From assembly GCA_002269645.1 (NCBI GenBank), contig NIVC01003156.1, positions 52,003 to 116,002 on the forward strand: a stretch of DNA of 64,000 nucleotides, in the 5' to 3' direction. A model generated the notes under the pieces. It saw nothing but the letters and a program-made list of their open reading frames with translations, searched no databases and was not told the origin of the DNA. A program made the position numbers and the translations under genes. The stretch comes from Macrostomum lignano (lineage: Eukaryota). Within the stretch, counting starts at the first letter, position 1, and every line of letters begins with the position of its first letter. This document shows positions 1 to 11,386 of the stretch, piece by piece.

Positions 1-1043
1 AAAGTTTTTGAAATGCTCTAAACTAAAAATAAGGATGCATAAATATTTACAATCCAGCAATTTTCTAGACCAAACGAAGATCCGCAAAATGTCATATGTG
101 CCTTTTTAAACAAACTTTTAGCAATTACATCTGAAATATTAGATTTTTTGTCTTCACACTGTGGTATCCATCCGTTGCGAATGCTTTATCTGCCATCTAA
201 TTTAAATAAATATAAAAATTTTTGCAGAAGTGACCATCACAGAGAAGGTGTCATCTGGGAATTTGCTGTTGATTGTTATTGTCTTTGTTATTTTTTAAGT
301 TTGAAAAAATATTGTAGTAAACATTAAAACGAATCACATTTTAGGAATCCGTTATTCAGAAGCAAATGAAAACAATATTGGATTAATTTGCATGTATATT
401 GTATGTTTTTAATAATCCGATTAGAGAATTGGCTGAAAAGATAATAAAGAAGTATAAAAATGTGTTTCTGCTTTGATTACACCATCTTAATCTGCTGCTG
501 AAGCGCAGTAGCAATGAATGTTCTTTTTAAATCAACATGACATTGAAGTCAATACCAATTCCAGAGTCAGAACCAATTTTCAAAGTAGAACTTTTTAGCT
601 ACTTAATTTAGAGGTCAGGACACGTTATACAGGTTCGATTTTTAAAATTAAAACTTTACTTCTTGATGTAGCTACCATGATGTTCTCGCATGATTCTGGT
701 TCTGACATCGCGTCGTGTAAAAACAGGATGAACAGCTTGTACAATAGTTAAACAAAAAAACATTTTAACAAAGTCAAAAACTGTGATTAACGATTGAAAT
801 GAAAAGAAGCAGTGAAAAAATTACCGGGCCCAACCGGAACTTCTATAAGATCTTTTTCGAGAGACCGCGATTTTCATCGTTCGCGCAAATCATGATGACA
901 AAATTAAAGTGCAAACGATTCCAGTAGACGTTCTTTTGCTCACGAGAAGCTAATGAAAATATGACAGCTATATGAGTAGACAATGAGGTAGATTACGAGT
1001 GTTTATGAGGGCCAACAGATGAGGTGACGATTTCTAAAATAGT

Positions 1044-1049
1044 TTTATT
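1044..1049 (-). terminator. Putative polyadenylation signal (AATAAA) of the MMP gene
   Basis: TTTATT on + strand about 65 nt beyond the MMP stop codon. Confidence 0.5.
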
Positions 1050-1114
1050 GGATAGTATGAGATGAACAGCATTCCAGGACATCACTGCGACTGGGTCACT
1101 ACCAGTAGGTTTCA

Positions 1115-4100
1115 TTACCCAGAGTGCAAACTGCAGCGGGCATCGGCCATGGAGCACAGGTTTCTCCACTGCTGGTGCACCTTGCCGCCGTAGTGCAACA
1201 GCTTCGGCTGTGCGGGCAGTACCTCGTTGGCGTCAGAAGTTCGATCGACAGGTCCGATGTTGCTGGCATAGTACCAGAAATCCTGTCCAGAGATCAGAAA
1301 CACGGTCGAGTCGCTGCGACGATAATACGCTGCATCCAAGGGCGTTACGAGCGGTTTCAAGTTGTTGGGAGCTTCCGGGAACATCCGGTTGAGCTTGACG
1401 TGTCTGACGCAACAGTTGTTCTTGCGCAGGGAGCCATTGTGCTGGAGCAGGTCGTACTCAAATGCCTGCAATTGAGAGTATAACGATATCTTCATTAGTA
1501 CTTCAGAGTAATAAGTTGATCATATTTCAATTTCTGCAGGTCCACTTTTGAGGTTTATATTAAGCCGATAGGGTGTGTTTAATCCCACCATGAAACCTTC
1601 AATCTTTTCTGCTCAGCACTTCGACATGGCCGCTAGAACTCCAGTCTCTACCGACCCCCTCCTCGCCTAACTGTTTGTCGGTAAATACCTAAATTGTTAA
1701 GCCTCCTAGTTCTAGTTCAACGTCACTCACCCAGTCTCCTTTGATGAAGACGGCCGTTCTCTTGGCATAGTCATAGTAGGCAGCGTCAATCGATTCCGGA
1801 ATGCCGTACTGTTCCCCAGTTCTCCGACTAAAGTCTGCAGATATGCCAGCCGCTGAGCTCAGCAGTGCACCGGTGGAGCTGTTCATCACGAAGTACTCGG
1901 CGCCTGGGTGGCGGTGGATTAAATTTGCGAATTATTTAGTAATTAATAATTGTAGTTAATTACTTCGACCTCACGTGGAACACTTCTGCATGTGTCAGTG
2001 GAATTTCACTATGAAATACGAGTGAGATGCACGTGACCATGGAAACATTCGAGTAGAATGGATGTGTAAGAGGGTGAGAGGAGGTTAATTGAGAAACAAT
2101 GAGAGAATGCCTCAGGGAGACTGCGAGTCGAAAAGAGTGAGAGACAAAGAGCGAGGAAAATGTTTGAGAGAAGTAGAGAGGGGGAGTGAGATAGAGCGGG
2201 GGAATGACAGAGGGTGAGGGGGTGAGAGAGGGTGAGGGGAGTGAGAGAGGGTGAGGGGAGTGAGAGAGGGTGAGGGGAGTGAGAGGGGGTGAGAGGAGTG
2301 AGAGGGGGTGAGAGGAGTGAGAGAGGGTGAGGGGAGTGAGAGAGGGAGAGGGGAGTGAGAGGGGGTGAGAGGAGTGAGAGAGGGTGAGGGGAGTGAGAGA
2401 GGGTGAGGGAGTGAGAGGGGGTGAGGGGAGTGAGAGAGGGTGAGGGGAGTGAGAGGGGGTGAGGGGAGTGAGAGGGGGTGAGGGGAGTGAGAGGGGGTGA
2501 GGGGAGTGAGAGGGGGTGAGGGGAGTGAGAGGGGGTGAGAGGAGTGAGAGAGGGTGAGGGGAGTGAGAGAGGGTGAGGGGAGTGAGAGGGGGTGAGGGGA
2601 GTGAGAGAGGGTGAGGGGAGTGAGAGAGGGTGAGGGGAGTGAGAGGGGGTGAGGGGAGTGAGAGAGGGTGAGGGGAGTGAGAGAGGGTGAGGGGAGTGAG
2701 AGAGGGTGAGGGGAGTGAGAGAGGGTGAGGGGAGTGAGAGAGGGTGAGGGGAGTGAGAGAGGGTGAGGGGAGTGAGAGAGGGTGAGGGGAGTGAGAGGGG
2801 TAAGAGAAGGGATAGATAAGGTTAGAGAGGAGGAGATTAGATTAGGAAGGATTAGATTAGAATAGATTAGATTAGGAAGGATTAGATTAGAATAGATTAG
2901 ATTAGGAAGGATTAGATTAGAATAGATTAGATTAGAATAGATATGATTAGATGAGATTAGATTAGATTAGAAGATTAGGAAGGTTAGAGAGGGGGAAGAT
3001 ATAGAGTTAGATTGAGAGACTTCAAGGAGAATTCCATTCCCATTCTCTCACCAGAGAAAGCCAGGCTGATCAGCGCTCGCCCGTCAGGTGACTCCGCCTG
3101 CAAAACGGCGTCCACGCGATCCAAACGGCCGTCCAGTCCCGGCCACACGCAGCCCAGACTGTCCGGGTAGCCGCCGCGACCTTGGGTCCACACGGAACCC
3201 CTGGAGACCACTCGAGTGTAGGATTCGAACCCGCGACCTAGCTCGTAGCGCCAATCGATGATGGCGTCGATTCTTGGAGAACAGGGGCCTGCAAGTAGAG
3301 GGTTGCGAATTCTATGAACTAAATCCTCACATTACTCGTATTGCATGTGTGAGCCACTAGACCGCTTTTTTTCTTGTTCCTCCCTGTGTCCCGATATCCC
3401 TCTACCCCTTCCACTCTCTCCTCTGCTCATCTCCTCTCTCCCCTCTCTCCATCATCTCCTATCTCTCCCTTTTCTCCATCTTCCATAGCTCCATCTCCCA
3501 TCTCCTTATCTATCTATCTCCTATCTCTCCCCTTCTCCTATCTCTCCATCTCCCCTCTCCCCTCATCTTAACCCACCGTATCTCTGCCGAACCAGCCGGA
3601 TCTCGTCCCTGCCAATCAGAGCTGCCGGGACACGAGATGTCGGACGCCGGAGCAGTGCCGGCCAAGCATTCACGCTGGACGGGTGCATAATTGAGCTCAA
3701 GTGGGACGAGTGCCCCAGACCCAGCAGGTGTCCGATTTCGTGCACCAGCAGTCGCAGAAGGTGCACCGCTCCTCGTTGTCGAACAGGACGATTGTCGGAC
3801 AGCTGGAATTCTTCCTCAATGTCGATGTGAATCGCCGAGGCGGCCTGCGTGTGCGCCGCGTCGCCTCCGGGGCCATCGAATCTGCGCTGGCAGTTGTGCG
3901 AGCCTGCGGCGGTAACAGCGGTGACTCATCAATCATTTCTCTTGCGCTTTTGTTTACAAGATTTATTGATAAAATCTCCCAGTTTTCTGAGCGTTTTTTA
4001 GAGGCCCTCACAGACACTTGCTCTCGTCTCATCTCCCTTTCTCTTATCTCTTCTCTCCCCATCCTTCTCCCTTATCTCTCTCTATCTCTCTTTTCCCTCA

Positions 4101-6727
4101 TTCTCCTTTCTCCCCCTCTCTTCTCCCCTCTCTTCTCCCCTCTCTTCTCCCCTCTCTCTTCTCCCCCTCTCTTCTCCCCTCTCTTCTCCCCTCTCTTCTC
4201 CCCTCTCTTCTCCCCTCTCTTCTCCCCTCTCTCTTCTCCCCTCTCTCTTCTCTCCTCTCTTCTCCCCTCTCTCTTCTCCCCTCTCTTCTCCCCCTTTCTT
4301 CTCCCCTCTCTCTTCTCCTCCTCTCTTCTGCCCTCTCTCTTCTCCTCCTCTCTTCTGCCCTCTCTCTTCTCCCCTCTCTCTTCTCCCCTCTCTCTTCTCC
4401 CCTCTCTCCTCCCCTCTACTCTCCCATCTCTTTTCTGTTCTCTCTTCTCCCATCTATCCTCTCCCCCTTTCTTCTCCCCTCTCTTCTCCCCTCGCTTTTC
4501 CCCTCTCTTTTTCCTTCTATTCTCCCCTCTCTTCTCATATCTCTCCTCTCCCCATCATTTCCCCTCATTTTCCCCTAAATGTACCTTTCTCTCCATCTCT
4601 CACTCTCCCTCTTTACTTTCATCTCTCTTGTCTCCCGCATCCATAAAAAAATTTAATTCTGAACCTCAAAAACTAACTACACCAAAGCAAACGCAGACAG
4701 CTTGCTCAGACAGAGAAAGAAGAAGTGCACAATAGTCACGCATCCTGAAAAAGTAGTCTATTTTCGAGCTAACCCGGAAGGCGCCAAAAAGTCTGTCGCG
4801 ATTGAGTTAAACAGCGCTCGCTAGCGGGGAGACCTACTCGTAGTCCCTGATACAGGTGCTCAAAAGGTATGTAGCCAACTATAGAAAAACACGCGCGCAA
4901 GCCACCAGTCTTTCCGGGTGGACTCTCCTCCTCTGCCGCCTCCCGCCCGACTCCTCAGATTTTTATTGCCCCTTCGATAGCCATAGCGGAATGGTCATCC
5001 CACCCAATCCCTCCAGGGGCTGTGTTTGTCCTGTCATTTCCTATCCGCATTTGAAATTGTAAAACAGTTTAAATTATTGTTCTTAATAGCTAACATTGGT
5101 CCTATTCAAAGTTTTCAAGGTAGCGTAGACCTATCAGATAATAATGATTTGAAATTTCTTACTTTTATTACACTAATTAGCCAACAATAATTGACTCGCC
5201 CATATTTCTCACCTTTACGACACTAATTAGCCAACAATTATTGACTCGCCCCTATTTCTCACCTGTACGACACTAATTAGCCAACAATCATTGACTCACC
5301 CCTATTTCTCACCTGTACGACACTAATTAGCCAACAATCATTGACTCGCCCCTATTTCTCACCTGTACGACACTAATTAGCCAACAATTATTGACTCGCC
5401 CCTATTTCTCACCTGTACAACACTAATTAGCCAACAATTATTGACTCGCCCTTATTTCTCACCTTTGCGACACTAATTAGCCAACAATCATTGACTCGCT
5501 CCTATTTCTCACCTGTACGACACTAATTAGCCAACAATCATTTGACTCGCCCCTATTTCTCACCTGTACAAAACTAATTAGCCAACAAATTTATTTGCCT
5601 ACTTTAACTAGACAGTAGTTTAAATTGCTTTAGTAACACAAACTGCATGTAGCTGAAAATTAAGGTTAATTACTAATCTAGTATGCAATATTATTCGCAC
5701 CTGTAAACCACCTATAAAATGCAGTGAATTTGCAACTCACCCCTGTAGAATCCGATTTCGATATCAGCTGTTCCCTCCTGCTCATTGAACACCTGACTGA
5801 ACCGTAGTGGCGCCACCGAGGCCCAGAGAGAGAAGGCCCTGCGAATCAGCTTAGTCACCTGATTTCGATTGAGTCGTTCGCTCATTCGGGCTAGACGCCA
5901 GCTAAGATTTCTAGTGTCGAATCGGCGAGGCTCGGCGTCCATCTCGACTCGAATCGGTGTGCTTCGTTTTGGTCGTCGGGCAGCTCTGCTGCTGCTATCG
6001 AACTGCGCATCCGCCACTCCGCATCGACCCTCTCGCATGGCCGCCAGAGTTGCCAAGTCCAACAAGCCGGTCATTGGCAGCTGATAGACGGTCTGAAATT
6101 TGGAGACAGCCTCAGCTAAATCGATGGAGTCGAGAGCGGTCGAGTTGTCGATGTCGGAGCCGGAGTCGATTTCGTCGGTAGAGTTGGTGCTGTTGAGCAG
6201 AGCATGGATCTGTGCTGACGGCTCCAGAGAGTTCAGGTAGCCAAATTTCTGCAGGTAGGCCTAACAGTTTTAATGGTAGGCTTTTATTAGACTGAGAGCA
6301 TGAGACTGTGTTACATATTGGGGATATGGAGGAGAGAAGTGGGAATAGAAAATATGATTGAAGAAATGACTGAATAGAGAGGGTTGAAGGGGGAGTGAAG
6401 GGAGGAGTGAAGGGAGGGTTGAAGCGGTGAGTGAAGATTAAATGGAGGGTTGAAGGGAGGAAGGAATGAAGGAAGGGTATAGGTTAAAGGGAAGTTGAAA
6501 GGAGTAGGAAATTCCAACAAATTAGCACTCACCACAGCCTCTCGTACTTCACCATCCGATAGCAAGCTTCCATTGCTGATTGCAGATTCAAAATCAACTG
6601 TTCGATTTTGAGTCTCATTCGAGTCAACAGTGCTCAAGGCTTTGGCAGGTCGAGAGTAGCAAGGAGCGCCACAGACCAGGAGCAGCAAGTACCCAATCAG
6701 AAGCGGCAATCTGGGATAGCAGGACAT
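1115..6727 (-). CDS. Matrix metalloproteinase, MMP21-like, secreted, about 600 aa; exons (minus) 6727-6533, 6260-5741, 3903-3577, 3288-3052, 1903-1731, 1465-1115
   Basis: All junctions are GT-AG and in phase (1803 nt total). Signal peptide MSCYPRLPLLIGYLLLLVCGAPCYS; prodomain AYLQKFGYL...FQTVYQLPMTGLLD; cysteine switch GRCGVAD; furin site RRPKR; zinc motif HEIGHLLGLGH; Met-turn SIMHP; hemopexin repeats (DAAYY) closed by GPC...WRNLC; no TM or GPI tail. MMP21 affinity comes from my recollection of the human protein, not from a search. Confidence 0.93.
2200..2800. repeat. Polypurine ~19-bp minisatellite (GAGAGAGGGTGAGGGGAGT)n in MMP intron 4
   Basis: Direct tandem repetition visible in sequence. 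Confidence 0.95.
2820..2980. repeat. (GATTA)n-type microsatellite
   Basis: Tandem GATTA with GGAAG/GAATA variants. Confidence 0.9.
3390..3560. repeat. CT-rich low-complexity tract in MMP intron 3
   Basis: Almost purely C/T with sparse A. Confidence 0.85.
4020..4630. repeat. Polypyrimidine (CTCTTCTCCCCT)-type repeat in MMP intron 2
   Basis: Tandem CT-only units; source of the spurious SPLF/ERGE ORFs. Confidence 0.93.
5172..5590. repeat. 50-bp minisatellite, about 8 copies (CACTAATTAGCCAACAATYATTGACTCGCCCCTATTTCTCACCTGTACGA)
   Basis: Unit start recurs at 5221, 5271, 5321, 5371, 5421, 5471, 5521. Confidence 0.95.
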
Positions 6728-7529
6728 TTCTGTCAAAGAAATTCTGTTTGTTGTCGATCAAATTATAATTTCACAGCAAATCTGCCTCTTATTTATAGAC
6801 GAAAAAATGATAATTAAATTAATTGGCGCAGATGCTAAAGAGGCATAATTGCTCGGCTTGGAGAGGGATTCGATGACCCCAGGGCCGCTGTCTCAAAAAC
6901 TCGAATTGCTACTTTTTCTGTCTACATTTTTTCTAGTCCAGACTTTTGAAGACATATTTTACGAGCTACTAAAGCTGGAGACGGCGAAAATTCCGTTGGC
7001 TGAGCCAAAGGGCTCTTTGTAGCCACCTCAGTTGCAGCCTACCTACGAGCTATAAGTTCTAAGGACAAATTTCGAATGAGGCGTCCAGGCCAGCTTCTTT
7101 TCTAATTTTTAAATTGTCTGTTCAAGAAGTGCATTAAAATTTCTTTGAAGTGCAATCCGAAACTTTTTTGCGGTTGTAAAATGCATCGGTTGAAAAAACT
7201 GAAATAAGTGCATCTGAAAGATAATCTCTAGAATAAGACAGCTTTTCTAGTTTAAAAAGGTTCAGTCAAACCTTCGCCAAGAACACTTGAGACAGGAATT
7301 CTAAGAAATGTTGAATTGTTCATTTCTGAATTCTGCTACTTTGAAGATTTTTCAAGTCTTTTTTAATGACATCCCGGCTTGAATTCTTGGAAAAATAATG
7401 AAATGTAACACAAAAGGTCAAGTATATTGTAAAATTGCAACTTCAAAAGATTTTCCGAATACTTCTAAAATAGATTTCTCGGCGGAAATTTCACCTTTAA
7501 TAGTGGTTTGAAAGGACTATACGAGTAAT

Positions 7530-8520
7530 TAAGACTCGGCACTTGAGGAGTGAATCTCAATAAGACTCGGAGTTTAAGGAGTGAATCTCAATAAGACTCG
7601 GAGTTTAAGGAGTGAATCTCAATAAGACTCGGAGTTTAAGGAGTGAATCTCAATAAGACTCGGAGTTTAAGGAGTGAATCTCAATAAGACTCGGAGTTTA
7701 AGAAGTGAATCTCAATAAGACTCGGAGTTTAAGGAGTGAATCTCAATAAGACTCGGAGTTTAAGGAGTGAATCTCAATAAGACTCGGAGTTTAAGGAGTG
7801 AATCTCAATAAGACTCGGAGTTTAAGGAGTGAATCTCAATAAGACTCGGAGTTTAAGGAGTGAATCTCAATAAGACTCGGAGTTTAAGGAGTGAATCTCA
7901 GTGAGACTCAACGTTTAGGAGCTGTGAAAATTCTCAGTAAGACTCAATGTTTAGGAGTGAATCTCAATAAGACTCAGTGTAGGCAGTTAATCTCAATAAG
8001 ACTCAGTGTAGGCAGTTAATCTCAATAAGACTCAGTGTAGGCAGTTAATCTCAATAAGACTCAGTGTAGGCAGTTAATCTCAATAAGACTCAGTGTAGGC
8101 AGTTAATCTCAATAAGACTCAATGTTTAGGGTTAATCTCAATAATACTCAGTGTAAGAAGTTAATCTCATAAGACTCAGTGTTTAGGAGTCAATCTCAAT
8201 AAGACTCAATGTTTAGGGTGAATCTCAATAAGACTCAAAGTTTAGGAGTGAATCTCAACAAGACTCTGTGTAAGGAGTGAATCCCAATAAGACTCAATGT
8301 TTAGGGTGAATCTCAATAAGACTCAATGTTTAGGGTGAATCTCAATAAGACTCAATGTTTAGGGTGAATCTCAATAAGACATAATGTTTAGGGTGAATCT
8401 CAATAAGACTCAATGTTTAGGGTGAATCTCAATAAGACTCAATGTTTAGGGTGAATCTCAATAAGACTCTGTGTTTAGGTGTGAATATCCGTGAGACTTA
8501 GTGTTTAGGAGTGAATCTCA
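7530..8520. repeat. 31-bp minisatellite (GGAGTGAATCTCAATAAGACTCGGAGTTTAA) grading into ~29-30-bp variants
   Basis: Homogeneous 31-mers to about 7900, then variant blocks sharing AATCTCAATAAGACTC. Confidence 0.95.
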
Positions 8521-9124
8521 GTGAGACTCATCACTTGAGAAATGAAGCTCAGCACTTAACTGAATCAGTCAGGCCCTTCTGACTTTCTAATCGTTAAGCA
8601 TGTACACTGTCTGCGCTTTGGGAGTTGGTGTGAAGTCGCAGAGTCAAATTCATCATCTGACGATCGGGTATAAGAGAAGGTTAAATCAAGCGATACCATG
8701 CGACCCGACCGCGGGGCAATTGAAAATTTCGGCGGAAGAATGTAGCAATGCTCAGTAAAAGGTCTCGAATTCAAGTCGCAACGTCATGAATCCAGCAGAC
8801 GTCGCCCCGTTACGCCTAGACGTCTAGACAATGGCGGCAAATTAACCTTCGACTAGAGTGCCCCCAGACAAGTAATTAACCTAATTAACCTGTATGCTTG
8901 GAAAAATTCATTCGTTTGAAGTTTCCCGCCGCTAATTTAGCGAGCAAAATTATCTTGTAAACAACTTTGAGTCATCAAATTTTGCTCAATTATTGCACTA
9001 AAACGAAAATTTTATAAAGTGGTTTGAATTTCATAAATAAGAATTCACGCCCAAAACTAGCTTACACAGGTATGACCTTAGTGGGTTTGTTGTCCACTTA
9101 AGATTGTAATCGATAGCGCAAAGG

Positions 9125-9910
9125 ATCAAATGGAGATGGCGCCATGATTGATTGGAATGGCACCAAGATTGAATAGAGATGGCGCTAAGATTGATTGGAG
9201 ATGGCGCCAAGATTGAGTGGAGATGGCGCCAAGAATGAATAGAGACGGCGCCAAGATTGATTCCAGATGGCGCCAAGATTGATTGGAGATGGCGCCAAGA
9301 TTGAATAGAGATAGCGCTAAGATTGAGTGAAGATGGCGCCAAGAATCAGTAAAGATGGCGCCAATAATCAGTGAAAATGGCGCCAAGAATCAATGAAAAT
9401 GGCGCTAAGAATCAGTGAAAATGCCGCCAAGAATCGATTATGGCACCAATATTGAGTGAAGATGGCGCCAAGAATCAGTAAAGGTGGCGCCAAGAATCAG
9501 TAAAGATGGCGCCAAAAATCAGTGAAGATGGCGCCAAGAATCAATGAAAATGGCGCTAAGAATCAGTGAAGATGCCGCCAAGAATCGATTATGGCACCAA
9601 TATTGAGTGAAGATGGCGCCAAGAATCAATGAAAATGGCGCCAAGAATCAGTGAAGATGGCGCCAAAAATCAGTAAAGATGGCGCCAAGAATCGATGAAG
9701 ATGGCGCCAAGATTGAATAGAGATGGCGCCAAAAATCAGCAAAGATGGCGCCAAGAATCGATGAAAATGTCGCCAAGAATCAGTGAAGATGGCGCAAAGA
9801 ATCAGTGAAGATGGCGCCAAGAATCAGTGAAGATAGCGCAAAGAATCAGTGAAGATGGCGCCAAGAATCAGTGAAAATGGCGCCAAGAATCAATGAAAAT
9901 GGCGCCAACG
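9125..9910. repeat. ~22-bp minisatellite with RATGGCGCCAAGA core
   Basis: Tandem units such as AAGATGGCGCCAAGAATCAGTG. Confidence 0.93.
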
Positions 9911-10036
9911 ATATGCAGTGTCGGTGCTTGAGCAAAGAATGAAGACAATTGGCACGATAACTAGGTTTTTTCTTCCAGAGCAAACAAGAGCGCTAAATTG
10001 CAAATTACCGAAACGCACTGCCTTACATCTCAATGC

Positions 10037-10042
10037 TTTATT
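10037..10042 (-). terminator. Putative polyadenylation signal of RPS8
   Basis: TTTATT on + strand about 100 nt beyond the stop codon. Confidence 0.5.
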
Positions 10043-10143
10043 AAGCTTAGATTTAAATTTCTCTTAATCAACCGATCGAAAAAAGACACCAAAGACTGGA
10101 TAGAGTCGTTGCCAAGCTCCAGCGCCAAGCCATGCATCTAAAA

Positions 10144-10498
10144 CTACTTGGTCTTCTTAGCGCGAATCTTTCTCAGGTAGAAGTCCAACTCTTTGCCCTC
10201 CAGGATGTAGCCGTCCGCTCTGCCGCACTGGCCAGGCCGGGAGGTGAGGCAGGCGTACAGGCGGCCGCTGGCGAACTGCTCTAGCAGGGCTGGCGGCACC
10301 TCGGCCTGCGGGAGCGTTCGGTTTTGGCATTATCGATTCATTGATTTATTTTCTAAACTGATGCTGGCTTAAACAGTCCACGTTTTCTACTATGACCAGT
10401 AGTCAGTTAAGACTTTCTTTATTTCATTAACGGAAATCAGGTAGGGCCACCTGTCTATCTATCTACCAGTATCTATTCATCTGTCTATCATTTATCTG

Positions 10499-10549
<51 letters not shown>

Positions 10550-10636
10550 GTCTATCTATCTATCTATCTATGTATCTATCTATCTATCTATCTATGTATC
10601 TATCTATCTATCTGTCTATCCATCTATCTGTCTATG

Positions 10637-10669
<33 letters not shown>

Positions 10670-10670
10670 G

Positions 10671-10711
<41 letters not shown>

Positions 10712-10741
10712 GTATCTATCTATCTATCTATCTGTCTATCC

Positions 10742-10820
<79 letters not shown>

Positions 10821-11386
10821 GATCAATGATATTCAGACGCCAACAAGAACCGCACCTTCTTCTGCCTCTCCAGGTACTTCTTCATGGTTTTCTTGCTGCG
10901 GGTGAATGAGATGGGGCCACCGGCAGCGCCAGGATCGGCGCCCTCCTTGTCGGCGCCATCGGCAGGTTTGTCGGCGGCTTTAGGGGCGGACTTCTTCTCC
11001 TTCTTGCGAGCCAATGGCAGCAGATAGTGCGACTCGAACCACTGACGGAATGGTGTAGCGTCAATCAGCACGATGGCATTTTTAACCAGAGTCTTGGTGC
11101 GCACCAGCTCATTGTTGCTAGCATTATACACTGTGTCGATAATGCGGGTTTTCCGAGCGACGCCTCTCGATGGCCAGCTGAAATTGCCGGTGTCCAACCG
11201 GAGACCTCGCAGCTTGATACCGCCGCCGCGGACTCGAACCGTGTGCACTCGCTTCACTGTGCCAGCCAGGGCAATCTTTGTGAGGCTGGGCGGCCGGCCC
11301 AGTTCGAACTTGCGCTTCTTACGCAGCTGTTCTCGGCGACCGCCTGTCTTACGGCGCTTGTGGGTTCGGTCTCGGGTGATGCCCAT
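10144..11386 (-). CDS. RPS8: 40S ribosomal protein S8 (eS8), 230 aa; exons 11386-10856 and 10305-10144
   Basis: [24 protein letters not shown]; [23 protein letters not shown]; after a phase-0 GT-AG intron, [26 protein letters not shown]..stop. These are hallmark eS8 motifs. Confidence 0.97.
10455..10820. repeat. (TATC)n microsatellite filling the RPS8 intron
   Basis: Direct tetranucleotide repeat. Confidence 0.97.

Noticed and set aside
3221-3254. tRNA-like motif on the minus strand inside MMP exon 4 (CTACGAG...GGTCGCGGGTTCGAATCC, resembling an anticodon loop plus T-arm)
   Set aside because: No D-arm or acceptor stem, and the T-stem has a mismatch. The segment is in-frame coding (WRYELGRGFES) at a position where MMP21-type proteins already carry an insertion. 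Probably coincidence; tRNAscan-SE would settle it.
3701-4735. 344-aa plus-strand ORF and overlapping ORFs
   Set aside because: Antisense to MMP exon 3 plus a stop-free CT repeat.
7530-8520. CRISPR-like appearance of ~30-bp partly palindromic repeats (also 48671-49040)
   Set aside because: Units are directly adjacent with no unique spacers, no cas genes are present, and the context is eukaryotic.
10306-10455. Possible intronic snoRNA in RPS8, as in vertebrates
   Set aside because: No convincing C/D or H/ACA box arrangement in the short unique part of the intron.
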